NCBI GenBank assembly: GCA_041191585.1
Contig: JBEEOO010000001.1
Coordinates: 63,097-127,096, forward strand
Direction of reading: 5' to 3'
Length of the DNA stretch: 64,000 nucleotides
DNA from: Actinomycetota bacterium
Lineage (GTDB): Bacteria; Actinomycetota; Actinomycetes; Actinomycetales; Microbacteriaceae
Shown here: positions 44,252-54,037 of the stretch, piece after piece
How positions within the stretch are numbered: position 1 is the stretch's first letter
How the letters are laid out: each line of letters begins with the position of its first letter
Notes under the pieces: generated by a model
The model's database searches: none
Told to the model about the DNA's origin: nothing
What the model saw: the letters and a program-made list of their open reading frames with translations, nothing else
Program-made: the position numbers and the translations under genes

Positions 44252-45304
44252 ATGCAAGGCAATTTCAGGATCACTAACGGTTTCAAATTTGGCCTGCTCG
44301 GCGGTCTTGGTGTGCTGGCCGCACTGGTTATCGGCGGGGCAATATCAAACTTGGCCACCATCATTACTTACGTTGCAGCCGCTCTATTCATTGCCCTTGG
44401 CCTAGATCCAGTTATTAAATGGTTTGGCAAGCGCGGCCTAAGTCGCCCAATTTCGACAACTATCGTGACAGCACTGCTACTTGGCACCATCACCGCGGTT
44501 GTTTGGGGCATCGCACCAACTTTGGCTAGCCAGGCCTCTCACCTGATTCAAATGGCACCGACAGCCATCGACACAATCTCTAAGCTCGACCTAATTGTGC
44601 GCATCGACGCTCAGTTCAATGGCGCAGTCAAGAATGCCCTAGACGGCGCTGCTGCCTATCTTGGCGATAGCTCTAACTGGCCAACCATGCTTGGCGGCGT
44701 TGTTCAGGTTGGCATCAACATCTTCAACGGCTTCTTTGGCGGCTTGATCATTCTTATCTTGAGCATCTATTTCATGGCCTCGCTGCAAAATTTCAAAGCC
44801 TGGATCTACAGTTTCGTTCCTCAGAGTCGCCGAGCCAAATTCAAGGACATCGCCGAGCAAATTTCTGAGTCAATCGGCCGCTATGTAATGGGCCAGGTTG
44901 TTATCGGTTTCATTGCCTCTGTGCTGGGCTACATCTTCATGAGCATTATGCAGATTCCGTATGCAATCGTGCTGTCATTCATTGCGTTCCTTCTAGGCCT
45001 TATTCCACTGGTCGGAACAATCACCGCAGCGATCATCATCATCGTTGTCGCACTATCGGTGTCACCAACCACCGCACTTATTGCAGCAATTTACTACTTG
45101 GTTTACATGCAGATTGAGTCATACCTAATCAGCCCAAGAATCATGAACAAAGCTGTATCAGTGCCAGGTTCAGTTGTGGTTATCGCAGCTCTTGCCGGTG
45201 GCACTGTGCTTGGCGTTCTGGGTGCGCTAATCGCTATTCCAGTGGCCGCTTCATTCATCCTGATCACTCGACAGATTATTTTTCCGCGACAGGATCAGGT
45301 TTAG
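44252..45304 (+). CDS. AI-2E-family transporter
   Basis: IALGLDP, LIPLVG, YMQIESYLISPRIM. Confidence 0.9.
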   Translation: MQGNFRITNGFKFGLLGGLGVLAALVIGGAISNLATIITYVAAALFIALGLDPVIKWFGKRGLSRPISTTIVTALLLGTITAVVWGIAPTLASQASHLIQMAPTAIDTISKLDLIVRIDAQFNGAVKNALDGAAAYLGDSSNWPTMLGGVVQVGINIFNGFFGGLIILILSIYFMASLQNFKAWIYSFVPQSRRAKFKDIAEQISESIGRYVMGQVVIGFIASVLGYIFMSIMQIPYAIVLSFIAFLLGLIPLVGTITAAIIIIVVALSVSPTTALIAAIYYLVYMQIESYLISPRIMNKAVSVPGSVVVIAALAGGTVLGVLGALIAIPVAASFILITRQIIFPRQDQV

Positions 45305-45311
45305 TTTCTAA

Positions 45312-46064
45312 CTAGCTGGGCTGCCAAACGGTAGGCAACGGATACTTGGCTGGATTCACGGCTCGAACAATTTCGTTTAGCACTCGGGTGGTCGCAGACT
45401 CGCCAACCCAAAGGTGCTTGGCGCCATCGACGCCAATAATTTCGGCACGCGGAATCACACTAAATTGCTCGCGGGCCTCGTCTGGCTTTAGGTAATCATC
45501 GAATTCAGGCACCAGCGCGACTAGTTTCTTTGCTGAACCAACCCAGCGCTCAAGGTCAGCCCTGTTGGCGCGGTGCAGTGGCGGTGAGAGCAGAATCGCT
45601 CCAAGAATCTGATGATCTGGGCCGTATTTCAGTGCCAACTCGGTGCCGAATGACCAGCCAACTAACCATGGGTTTGGCAATCCGCGCTCGCGTGCAAATT
45701 CAACTGCCGCTCTGACGTCATGCTCTTCGTGCACTCCCTCACCAAAGCTGCCTTCGCTTTTTCCGCGTGGAGACTCGGTTCCGCGAGTGTTGAAACGCAG
45801 CACTGCCAGGTCGGCCAATTCAGGAAGTCGCGCTGCAGCCTTGCGCAAAACGTGGGAATCCATAAAGCCGCCGTGTGTAGGTAGCGGGTGCAGAGTGATC
45901 AACGTAGCTGCAATCGGCTTTGTCAGCGGAGTAGCTAGCTCGCCTACCAAACGCAAGCCATCTATCGTCTCGAGTTCAATGTGCTCTCGATGGGCAGGTA
46001 ATTCGACTGAAGATCGAATTTCGATTGGCTCTGAAGCTGAATTGTGGCTAAATGATTCGGTCAT
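45312..46064 (-). CDS. Alpha/beta hydrolase
   Basis: HPLPTHGGFMD, RFNTRG, GWSFG nucleophile elbow, KHLW. Confidence 0.88.
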   Translation of the reverse strand: MTESFSHNSASEPIEIRSSVELPAHREHIELETIDGLRLVGELATPLTKPIAATLITLHPLPTHGGFMDSHVLRKAAARLPELADLAVLRFNTRGTESPRGKSEGSFGEGVHEEHDVRAAVEFARERGLPNPWLVGWSFGTELALKYGPDHQILGAILLSPPLHRANRADLERWVGSAKKLVALVPEFDDYLKPDEAREQFSVIPRAEIIGVDGAKHLWVGESATTRVLNEIVRAVNPAKYPLPTVWQPS

Positions 46065-46363
46065 AGAAGTTGTCCTTGAAAAGCTTTCCAGCAGGCATTG
46101 TGAAAGTGGCGTCTAGTTTCAATTCCGCGAATTTCATCCCAGGCAACAATGTGGCTTAGGCCCTTAGTTATTTGCAGGTGGCAGTGTGGGCAAACCCAAA
46201 CCTTGCCATCGTCAGCACTGGCACCAACCGAGGTTTGGGTTGTGTATGAAACTCCGCGCTTGATCTCAGTGCGGCGAATGCCGAACCTGACGGAAGATAG
46301 GTCGATTTCTTCTGGCTGTTCGTTGTGCTTCTTGGAATTTCTGGGGCGATTTGAACGACCCAT
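46061..46363 (-). CDS. Small conserved actinobacterial protein with CxxC...HxxC motif
   Basis: MGRSNRPR start, CPHC, HIVAW, RRHFHNACW. Confidence 0.75.
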   Translation of the reverse strand: MGRSNRPRNSKKHNEQPEEIDLSSVRFGIRRTEIKRGVSYTTQTSVGASADDGKVWVCPHCHLQITKGLSHIVAWDEIRGIETRRHFHNACWKAFQGQLL

Positions 46364-47028
46364 TAGTACCAGCCAATTTTGTCTGAGTGAGCCAAAGCGC
46401 CACACGGTGAGCCATAGCGGCCCTTGATGTACTTAACTCCCCAGCGAATCTGAGTTTCTGGGTTGGTCATCCAGTCGGCACCTTCGGTGGCCATCTTTGA
46501 ACCTGGCAGCGACTGCGGAATCCCATAGGCACCGGAGCTTGAGTTGCGTGCCTGCACGCGCCAGTTTGACTCTCGATCCCAAAGCTTCACCAAACACGAA
46601 TACTGATCAACGCCAAGATTCATGGTTTGTAAGAGCTCAAATGCATAGGCCTTTGCTGTGCCCGGTGATGGTGCGTCAGCATTCTCAACAAACATGGCTG
46701 CCGCATCGCTACCGGTCACAATGTTGAATCCACCGCGAGAGAAGCTAATTTTTTGAGTGCTGGCATAGCCGTAGGTTTGCTCAGGGTCGGCCGACGATGA
46801 ATCCCAAACCTGGATAGTTGCCGCACTTGCCATAGTTCCTGAATATGGGTCAACAATCGTGACCATCAAGAATCCGGTGGCGAATAGAAAGCCGAATGCC
46901 GGTCTGAATGCGTGTTTGCGCAACTTAGGTACGCGTGGTTTTTCGAAAGGTAGTTGCTGCCAGACCCAGTTATCAAAACGCTGCATGCGGCGCGCAAACG
47001 TAGGCTCATAAGCCTCGTGTCTACCCAT
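46363..47028 (-). CDS. Membrane-anchored lytic transglycosylase (SLT-like)
   Basis: CLVKLWDRESNW, SGAYGIPQ, NPETQIRWG, RYGSPC, terminal GWY. Confidence 0.9.
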   Translation of the reverse strand: MGRHEAYEPTFARRMQRFDNWVWQQLPFEKPRVPKLRKHAFRPAFGFLFATGFLMVTIVDPYSGTMASAATIQVWDSSSADPEQTYGYASTQKISFSRGGFNIVTGSDAAAMFVENADAPSPGTAKAYAFELLQTMNLGVDQYSCLVKLWDRESNWRVQARNSSSGAYGIPQSLPGSKMATEGADWMTNPETQIRWGVKYIKGRYGSPCGALAHSDKIGWY

Positions 47029-47085
47029 GCGAATCCCTTGCTATCCAGAAGCCAAAATCGGCAACACTCCAGTTTAGCTTTTTAG

Positions 47086-47811
47086 CTATTTCGATAACAG
47101 TTTTTGGTTTGGGCAACTGCGCAAAACAGCCTGAATTGCCGCCTTTTCGGCCGAGGTGACCCAGAGCTTGTATTTGCGCTTTACTGACACCTGTCGCGCA
47201 ACGTATTGACACCTAAAGCTCTTGTTCGGCGGCAGCCAGCTGGCGGCATCTGAATCGCTCTTCTGCGAGTTGGTTGGCCCATCAACGGCAAGCAGGTTCA
47301 GTGGGTCGTTATAGAAGCTGTAGCGGGCCTGTGCGCTCAATTGCTGCGCACCCTTTTGCCAGGCGTCGCTGACTGCTACCACGTGATCAATTTGCACCGC
47401 CAGTGAAGAGCCAACTCCCCTGACGAAATTGATGACTTTTCCGGTGTAAGGATCCTTCAAGGTGCCGGTTGCAACCGTGCAGTCTGGACTATCACGCCAG
47501 GTGAGGTTTTTGAGGTCTCGTTTGAGGATGTAATTGCGCAAGTCACACTGACCAATGCTCCCCCAGCCATCGCTGAATAGTTCGCGCGCGTATCCGGTTT
47601 TTGGTGCTCGGCCTTTGACTGGCAGCTGATTGAGCGCCGAACTTGCAGACAGGGTTGCGGCTTGAGCACTATCTGCAGTCGAAAGCGAAGCGCCAGGGGC
47701 AATTGCCAAGCTGCTCAATAGCAACGCGGCAGTGGCCAGGCCGACTAGCCGTGATGCTTTAGCGGTGAGCTTCGAGCTGCAGAAGCTCAATAACACGGTC
47801 GAGAAACGCAT
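47086..47811 (-). CDS. Secreted DUF1524/HNH-family endonuclease (start uncertain)
   Basis: Signal-like N-terminus, GRAPKTGY, IDHVV, NDPLNLLAVDGPTNSQKSD, WLP. Confidence 0.85.
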   Translation of the reverse strand: MRFSTVLLSFCSSKLTAKASRLVGLATAALLLSSLAIAPGASLSTADSAQAATLSASSALNQLPVKGRAPKTGYARELFSDGWGSIGQCDLRNYILKRDLKNLTWRDSPDCTVATGTLKDPYTGKVINFVRGVGSSLAVQIDHVVAVSDAWQKGAQQLSAQARYSFYNDPLNLLAVDGPTNSQKSDSDAASWLPPNKSFRCQYVARQVSVKRKYKLWVTSAEKAAIQAVLRSCPNQKLLSK

Positions 47812-48310
47812 CAACCTGACCTTCGACATAACCGCCCCTAGATGCCTTGAAAATCGCCCCTCGAACCTCGGCAAAACTTAGCGGCGCGCCAGATACAAGG
47901 TGTCTTTCAACGTGTTCCGCGATGGCGTCAACCTGCTTGCGGTTATAGCCGCGCATAATCCATGAAACTCGGTTGAACTTTGATCCGCCTGGGCGTTCGG
48001 TTCGGCCAATCACAATGTCTTTAATTCGGGCGAATCGGTCGTCAACTGCAAATTTTCCGGCGTTGGCAAGCTGTCGCTCGATCTCGTTTTTTGCAAAGGC
48101 ATCTTCGAGACGCGCGATAGCATCGTCGACGGCAGTAATCAGATAGCCGCCGTGAACTAGATCGAATTCAACGCGACGAAGGTGGTCAGAAGGCAAAATC
48201 TGCGAACTGAAGTCATTGAACTGTGCGCGAGCTTTTGAAATGAATTCGTCAACCTGTGCGACGTCGTATCCGGGTTGATTTTTGTCAGCTAGAGCAAATT
48301 GATGAGCCAT
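47759..48310 (-). CDS. Tandem DivIVA-domain protein
   Basis: GYDVAQVDEFI, GYLITAVD, RGYNRKQVD, GGYVEGQVDAFLD. Confidence 0.87.
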   Translation of the reverse strand: MAHQFALADKNQPGYDVAQVDEFISKARAQFNDFSSQILPSDHLRRVEFDLVHGGYLITAVDDAIARLEDAFAKNEIERQLANAGKFAVDDRFARIKDIVIGRTERPGGSKFNRVSWIMRGYNRKQVDAIAEHVERHLVSGAPLSFAEVRGAIFKASRGGYVEGQVDAFLDRVIELLQLEAHR

Positions 48311-48320
48311 TTTTTAGCGC

Positions 48321-49190
48321 CTAAAAGAGAGTGATTGAAATTAGATAAGCGACCAGAGCTGAAGGCAGGATCGAATCTAGGCGGTCCATGATTCCACCGT
48401 GACCAGGCAGTAGTGAACTCATGTCTTTTACGCCCAAGTCTCGTTTGATAAGTGATTCGGCAAGGTCACCGAACACTGCGGCAATCAGCAGAGCTGAGGC
48501 AAGGATTAATCCGGTGATCCAGTTTCCGCCCAGCAAGAAGAAGTTGAAGGCTAGGGCTGAAACAACACCTGCGGTGATTGAAGCAAGTAGGCCTTCCCAA
48601 GTTTTCTTTGGGCTAACACCAGGGGCCATTTTGTGCTGACCAAATTTGCGGCCGATTAGATAGCCAAAAGTGTCGATAAGTGCTGCGGTCACCACAACGG
48701 TTAGCACCCACCATTGGCCATCACCCTGTTCGCGACGAAGCAACAGGATGATAAAGCTCACGGTAAGTGGCAGGTAGATAACCACAAAAGCGGCCGCTGC
48801 AAAGTCACGCAAAGTGGCTTTTAGGGTCTGTTCGACGGAGCTTCGGCGCTCCCAGATTAGGTGAACTGAGCGCCAAACAATGAGAGTTGCAACGATCGCA
48901 AAGGCCCCGAGCCATTGAGCTGCTGCACCACCGTAGTAGGTGGCTGGCATGATGAGCGCAGAACCGACTGCGGCCGGAACACGCGGCACATACCAGTTCT
49001 TGACCCTAAGTGCCGCCGAGAGCTCCCATGAACCAAATGCTGCTGCCGTGGCGGCTAGCGCAACAAACAACTCTTTGTAGATCAGGATGCTGAGCAAAAA
49101 GACAACACCAAGAACCACGCCCACTGCTACCGATTTAGATAGCGAGCGACCGCCTGCCTGGGCAGGAGTTGATTCAGGCGCTTGACTCAA
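48321..49190 (-). CDS. cdsA: Phosphatidate cytidylyltransferase
   Basis: SPKKTWEG, GDLAESLIKRDLGVKDM, PGHGGIMDRLDS. Confidence 0.95.
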   Translation of the reverse strand: MSQAPESTPAQAGGRSLSKSVAVGVVLGVVFLLSILIYKELFVALAATAAAFGSWELSAALRVKNWYVPRVPAAVGSALIMPATYYGGAAAQWLGAFAIVATLIVWRSVHLIWERRSSVEQTLKATLRDFAAAAFVVIYLPLTVSFIILLLRREQGDGQWWVLTVVVTAALIDTFGYLIGRKFGQHKMAPGVSPKKTWEGLLASITAGVVSALAFNFFLLGGNWITGLILASALLIAAVFGDLAESLIKRDLGVKDMSSLLPGHGGIMDRLDSILPSALVAYLISITLF

Positions 49191-49191
49191 G

Positions 49192-49752
49192 TTAGACCTC
49201 TAGAAGTTCGGCTTCTTTGCGCTTTAGCGCTTCGTCGATCTGTTCAACGTGAGACTTAGTTAGAGCGTCTAGCTCTTTTTCGCCGCGGGCAATGTCGTCG
49301 TCACCGGCTAGGCCGTCTTTTTTAAGAGCAGCCAAGTCGTCGTTGCCCTTGCGACGAATGTTGCGAACAGAAACGCGACCGTCTTCAGCCTTTGCCTTGA
49401 CTAGCTTTACGTAGTCACGGCGACGCTCTTCAGTTAGGTCTGGCAGAGTGATGCGGATTAAGTTTCCGTCGTTCTGAGGATTTGCGTCTAGGTTTGGCAT
49501 CTCGCGAAGAGCGGTCTCGATTGCCTTAAGTGCGCCCTTGTCATAAGGGGTGATCACGATGGTGCGAGCCTCAGGGTTCTGAAGCTGACCCAGCTGGCCC
49601 AGCGGAGTTGGAGTGCCGTAGTAATCGACCATTACCTTCTGAAAAAGCTGTGGGTTGGCACGACCGGTGCGCACCTGCGAGAAGTCTTCGCGGGTTGCCT
49701 CAACGGCCTTGGCCATTTTCTCGGTCACATTGCTGATGATTTCTGAAATCAT
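49192..49752 (-). CDS. frr: Ribosome recycling factor
   Basis: RTGRANP, DYYG, LTEERR. Confidence 0.97.
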   Translation of the reverse strand: MISEIISNVTEKMAKAVEATREDFSQVRTGRANPQLFQKVMVDYYGTPTPLGQLGQLQNPEARTIVITPYDKGALKAIETALREMPNLDANPQNDGNLIRITLPDLTEERRRDYVKLVKAKAEDGRVSVRNIRRKGNDDLAALKKDGLAGDDDIARGEKELDALTKSHVEQIDEALKRKEAELLEV

Positions 49753-49794
49753 GATGTCTCCTGTTTTGCTAAAAATTCTGGTCTAAAAACTTGA

Positions 49795-50502
49795 TTAGGC
49801 CGAAACGAATGTTCCGATTTTCTTGCCCTTGATGGCATCTGCCACATTCTGCCCCTGCATGCCAAATACGCGCATTGGCATCTTGTTATCCATGCACAAG
49901 CTGAATGCGGTTGCATCTACGACCTTTAGACCCTTGACCAAAGCATCCTGGTAGGTAATTTCGTCTAGCTTGACTGCGTTTGGGTCTTTTTTAGGGTCTG
50001 CCGAATAAACGCCATCAACACCGTTCTTGGCAACCAAGACCTCATCTGCCTTGATTTCTAGGGCGCGCTGTGCAGCCACCGTGTCGGTTGAGAAGTATGG
50101 AAGTCCGGCGCCGGCACCGAAAATAACAACGCGGCCCTTCTCCATGTGACGAATGGCACGAAGCGGTATGTAGGGCTCGGTAACCTGCGACATGGTGATC
50201 GCTGACTGAACGCGGACATCGACACCGGCCTGCTCCAAGAAATCCTGCAGTGCTAGAGCGTTCATAACAGTGCCCAACATGCCCATGTAGTCAGCGCGAG
50301 TGCGCTCCATTCCACGCTGGCTTAGCTCGGCTCCTCTAAAAAAGTTTCCGCCACCTACGACGATTGCAACCTGTGCGTGCTTAGCGCCCTCTGCGATTTC
50401 TTTAGCGATTTCTGAGACCACATCTGGGTTGACGCCTAGGGTGCCGCCGCCAAATGCTTCGCCCGATAGTTTGAGCAGAACACGGCGGGTTTTTTGTGGC
50501 AC
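49795..50502 (-). CDS. pyrH: UMP kinase
   Basis: [23 protein letters not shown]. Confidence 0.97.
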   Translation of the reverse strand: MPQKTRRVLLKLSGEAFGGGTLGVNPDVVSEIAKEIAEGAKHAQVAIVVGGGNFFRGAELSQRGMERTRADYMGMLGTVMNALALQDFLEQAGVDVRVQSAITMSQVTEPYIPLRAIRHMEKGRVVIFGAGAGLPYFSTDTVAAQRALEIKADEVLVAKNGVDGVYSADPKKDPNAVKLDEITYQDALVKGLKVVDATAFSLCMDNKMPMRVFGMQGQNVADAIKGKKIGTFVSA

Positions 50503-50555
50503 GAGAGCCTCCTGAGCTTGGCTGAATGATCTGTATCTATCCTAGGCGCGACAGC

Positions 50556-50588
50556 AAAAAGGCCCGGTCGAAATCGACCGAGCCTTTT
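50556..50588 (-). terminator. Intrinsic terminator of rpsB-tsf
   Basis: Minus strand AAAAGGCTCGGTCGATTTCGACCGGGCCTTTTT. Confidence 0.85.
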
Positions 50589-50605
50589 GACTTTTTAGCT
50601 ATTTA

Positions 50606-51430
50606 TTAAGCACCAACGCGAACGCGGATGAACTTAGAAACAGTGGTTCCGCTGTTCTCAAGAACCTTGGCAACTGACAACTTGTTGTCCTTTGCGAAGT
50701 CCTGGTCAACTAGAACGTTCTCCTTGAAGAATCCGGTGACGCGACCCTCAACGATCTTGGCCAAAGCTGCCTCTGGCTTGCCCTCGTTGCGAGCGGTCTC
50801 TTCAGCCACACGACGCTCGGTCTCAACAACATCTGCTGGAACCTCGTCGCGGGTTAGGAACTTAGGTGAGAACGCAGCAATGTGAACTGCGATGTCGTGT
50901 GCGGTTGCGTCGTCGCCTGAGTAAGCAACTAGCACACCAACCTGTGGAGGTAGGTCTGCGCTGGTGCGGTGTAGGTAAGCGTCAACAGCTGCATCCTTGA
51001 CGACCTCAACCTTGCGAAGTTCAACCTTCTCGCCCATGATTGCGGCTTCGTCGTTGATTGACTCAGCGACAGTCTTGCCGTTTAGTGGTGCGTTTAGAGC
51101 TGCCTCTAGAGACTCTGCGCCTGAAGCTGCAACAGCGTCGGCAACAGTGTCGGCAAGGGCGATGAACTTCTCTGCCTTTGCAACGAAGTCAGTCTCGCAA
51201 GCAAGCTCGATTAGAACGCCAACGCCACCGTTGACACGTGCGACAACCAAACCATTGCTGGTGCTGCGACCCTCGCGCTTTGCAACGCCCTTTAGGCCCT
51301 TGACGCGAAGAAGCTCCATAGCCTTTTCGATGTCGCCATTTGCCTCGTCAAGAGCACCCTTGCAGTCCATCATGCCTGCGCCTGAACGCTCGCGAAGAGC
51401 CTTTACGTCGGCTGCGGTGTAGTTTGCCAT
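50606..51430 (-). CDS. tsf: Elongation factor Ts
   Basis: MANYTAADVKALRERSGAGMMDCK and ETDFVAK; ATG at 51430. Confidence 0.97.
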   Translation of the reverse strand: MANYTAADVKALRERSGAGMMDCKGALDEANGDIEKAMELLRVKGLKGVAKREGRSTSNGLVVARVNGGVGVLIELACETDFVAKAEKFIALADTVADAVAASGAESLEAALNAPLNGKTVAESINDEAAIMGEKVELRKVEVVKDAAVDAYLHRTSADLPPQVGVLVAYSGDDATAHDIAVHIAAFSPKFLTRDEVPADVVETERRVAEETARNEGKPEAALAKIVEGRVTGFFKENVLVDQDFAKDNKLSVAKVLENSGTTVSKFIRVRVGA

Positions 51431-51432
51431 TC

Positions 51433-52251
51433 TTACTTTGCTTCCTCTACTGCAACAGCCTCTGCTGGTGCTTCGGTGGTCTGTGCTGCCTTGTCGGCAC
51501 CCTGCTCTAGAAGCTCGCGCTCCCACTCAGCTAGTGGCTCGGCTGCTGCTTCTGGCTTTGCGTGACGAGCGATTAGGCCCTCAGCAACTGCATCTGCGAT
51601 AACGCGGGTTAGCAGCTGAACTGAACGAATTGCGTCGTCGTTTCCTGGAATACCGATGGTGACCTCGTCTGGGTCGCAGTTGGTGTCTAGGATTCCGATA
51701 ACTGGAATACCAAGCTTCTTGGCCTCAGTGATGGCCAGGTGCTCTTTGTTGGTGTCTACAACCCAGATCGCTGAAGGAGTCTTGTTGATGTTGCGGATAC
51801 CGCCAAGAGCCTTCTCTAGCTTGTCCTTCTCGCGGCGAAGGATAAGAAGCTCTTTCTTGGTTAGACCGGTCTTAGTTGCGCCGCTGAAGTCCATGACCTC
51901 AAGCTCCTTTAGGCGAGCAAGACGCTTCTGAACGGTCTGGAAGTTAGTTAGAAGACCACCCAACCAACGCTGGTTGATGTATGGCTGACCGACGCGTAGC
52001 GCCTCAGCTGCGATTGCTTCTTGAGCCTGCTTCTTGGTTCCTACGAACAAGATGCTGCCGCCGTGAGCAACGGTCTCTTTGACAAAGTCATATGCCTTGT
52101 CGATGTGGGTCAGTGACTTCTGTAGGTCAATGATGTAGATGCCTGAACGGTCGGTCAGAATGAAACGACGCATCTTTGGGTTCCAACGGCGAGTCTGGTG
52201 TCCGAAGTGAACACCGCTGTCGAGCAGCTGGCGAATGGTTACGACTGCCAT
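51433..52251 (-). CDS. rpsB: 30S ribosomal protein S2
   Basis: [26 protein letters not shown]; ATG at 52251 after AAGGAG. Confidence 0.97.
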   Translation of the reverse strand: MAVVTIRQLLDSGVHFGHQTRRWNPKMRRFILTDRSGIYIIDLQKSLTHIDKAYDFVKETVAHGGSILFVGTKKQAQEAIAAEALRVGQPYINQRWLGGLLTNFQTVQKRLARLKELEVMDFSGATKTGLTKKELLILRREKDKLEKALGGIRNINKTPSAIWVVDTNKEHLAITEAKKLGIPVIGILDTNCDPDEVTIGIPGNDDAIRSVQLLTRVIADAVAEGLIARHAKPEAAAEPLAEWERELLEQGADKAAQTTEAPAEAVAVEEAK

Positions 52252-52446
52252 GAGCAGTTCTCCTTTTTTGGCGCGCAAAGGCGCCACTCAGTTGATTGCA
52301 TCGAGCGGTTGCTTGATGCACCTGGAGTCGGATCTGCTCTGCCAAATTTCTTTGGACCGAGTAGAGCGTTGATCTTGTTCGACTCGCGAAGTCGACATGC
52401 GTCTAGAAGGCACTTGAAATAAGGGCTTTCGCGATGAATGTCGCTA
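52252..52446 (-). promoter_or_regulatory. Structured rpsB 5' leader (probable S2 autoregulatory leader)
   Basis: TATGCT -10 at 52458-52453. Hairpins TGCATC...GATGCA and TGGCGC...GCGCCA lie just before the RBS. Confidence 0.55.
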
Positions 52447-52488
52447 CCGAAAAGCATACCAGCGCCCTTTGGCTAAAAACCAGCACTT

Positions 52489-52541
52489 TTATGCACAGAT
52501 TCAAGAAAAAGATGAAAAGTTTTTGGCCGCAAAATGAAGCT
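52489..52541 (+). promoter_or_regulatory. Box-37nt-(-10) leaderless promoter of the M23 gene
   Basis: TTATGCACAG (52489-52498), 37-nt spacer beginning ATT, GAAGCT (52536-52541), 6 nt, ATG at 52548. Confidence 0.7.
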
Positions 52542-52547
52542 AGCTGC

Positions 52548-53102
52548 ATGAAAAAACTGTGGATTCGGGCCATCGCATTAGGCGGCGCTCTATCGTGCCT
52601 GTTGGGTCTCGGCCTTTCGGCGAGCGCCGCGATAACAACCCAAACATCGATAGAGCCTCAAACGATTTGGCATGTGCCGCTGTTGCCTGACACAAAAGGG
52701 CAGGTTCACCTGCTGAACCCCTATCGTCAACCAAACAGCGACTATTCGGCTGGCCACCGCGGGGTTGATTATCGAGCGCCGGTTGGCACGATGGTCTATG
52801 CCGCCAGCACAGGGGTGGTGGCATTCTCTGGCTTGGTGGTCAGTCGAAGATTGATCACGATTCGGCATGATGCCAACCTGGTGACCGAATATGAACCGGT
52901 TTGCAGTGTTCTCTCGGTTGGCGAACCCGTTAAAGCTGAGCAGTTACTTGGTGAGGTTTGCAGTGAATCACCCAACTACAGCTGGCACTGCGTCGAACCC
53001 TGCCTGCACTTTTCACTTAGATCCGCTGGGGCCTACCTGTCTCCGCTGGCACTAATCGGGGGCCTAGCGCCAAGTCGCCTGCTGCCGATGGGTCACCCTT
53101 AG
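52548..53102 (+). CDS. Secreted M23/LytM-family protein with degenerate active site
   Basis: Signal peptide and HRGVD; YEPV and CLHF stand in place of YxHL and HLH. Confidence 0.85.
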   Translation: MKKLWIRAIALGGALSCLLGLGLSASAAITTQTSIEPQTIWHVPLLPDTKGQVHLLNPYRQPNSDYSAGHRGVDYRAPVGTMVYAASTGVVAFSGLVVSRRLITIRHDANLVTEYEPVCSVLSVGEPVKAEQLLGEVCSESPNYSWHCVEPCLHFSLRSAGAYLSPLALIGGLAPSRLLPMGHP

Positions 53103-53122
53103 GCGCCGCCAAAGCTCCTTAC

Positions 53123-54034
53123 CTATGCCCTTGGGTGCGCGTTCTGATAACCCGCCTTCAGGCGCTCAATTGAAACGTGGGTATAAATCTGAGTGGTGCC
53201 TAGGCTGGCATGCCCTAATAGTTCTTGAACAGCGCGAAGATCTGCACCTCCATCCAAGAGGTGGGTGGCGGCACTGTGCCTGAAAGCGTGAGGGCCGGCT
53301 TTGCCGGTTGGTGTTGCTTCGAGAATCGCAGATACCAGCGCATAGATCTGCCTAACCCCGAGCCTTGACCCCTTGCCGGTGACCAAAAGAGCTGACCCGC
53401 TTTTGTCGTTGGCCATTTCTCGGCGGCCATTAGACATCCAAAGATCCAGGGCGTCATGGCAAGGTTGGCCAAACGGAACCATGCGTTGTTTGTTGCCCTT
53501 GCCTGTAACTCGAATAATGCGCCGAGAATAATCGATGTCCTCGAGATTCAGAGCTGCAATCTCGCTGACACGCGCTCCGGTTGCATAGAGCAGCTCAACC
53601 ACTAGAAGGTCTCTTATGGCTGATGGACTATCTGGCTGAGCTTTGGCGGTCAGGGTTTCAAAAATTTGACTTAGCGATTCGCGCGAAACCACCTTGGGCA
53701 ACGCTTTGGCCAATTTTGGTGAGCGAAGACGCAGACCCGGGTCAACATCGCATAATCCCTGCTGATAACACCAAGCCGTAAAGGCTCGAATAGCGGCGCC
53801 TTTGCGCGCGATAGTGGATTTAGAGAGACCAGACTCGCTCAGCTTCCATAGCCAATCCCTGAGATGCTCCAATTTGAGTTGGTTTGCGTTGCTTATGGAT
53901 GCAGATGACAGTGCCTGGTTTAGGTCTCTTAGGTCAGAAGAGTATGACTTGATGGTGTTAGCCGAATAACCCTTGCCGGCCTCAAGGTGCGTGACAAACG
54001 ACGCTAATGCGCTGTTCAAGTCGTTGGTGGTCAC
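53123..54034 (-). CDS. xerC: Tyrosine recombinase XerC
   Basis: LYATGARVSE, GKGNKQR, HAFRHSAATH, LLGH, TTQIYTH. Confidence 0.92.
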   Translation of the reverse strand: MTTNDLNSALASFVTHLEAGKGYSANTIKSYSSDLRDLNQALSSASISNANQLKLEHLRDWLWKLSESGLSKSTIARKGAAIRAFTAWCYQQGLCDVDPGLRLRSPKLAKALPKVVSRESLSQIFETLTAKAQPDSPSAIRDLLVVELLYATGARVSEIAALNLEDIDYSRRIIRVTGKGNKQRMVPFGQPCHDALDLWMSNGRREMANDKSGSALLVTGKGSRLGVRQIYALVSAILEATPTGKAGPHAFRHSAATHLLDGGADLRAVQELLGHASLGTTQIYTHVSIERLKAGYQNAHPRA

Positions 54035-54037
54035 AAC

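Noticed and set aside
53123-54034. Tyrosine recombinase as a phage/ICE integrase
   Set aside because: Its sequence and dprA-rpsB context match chromosomal XerC.
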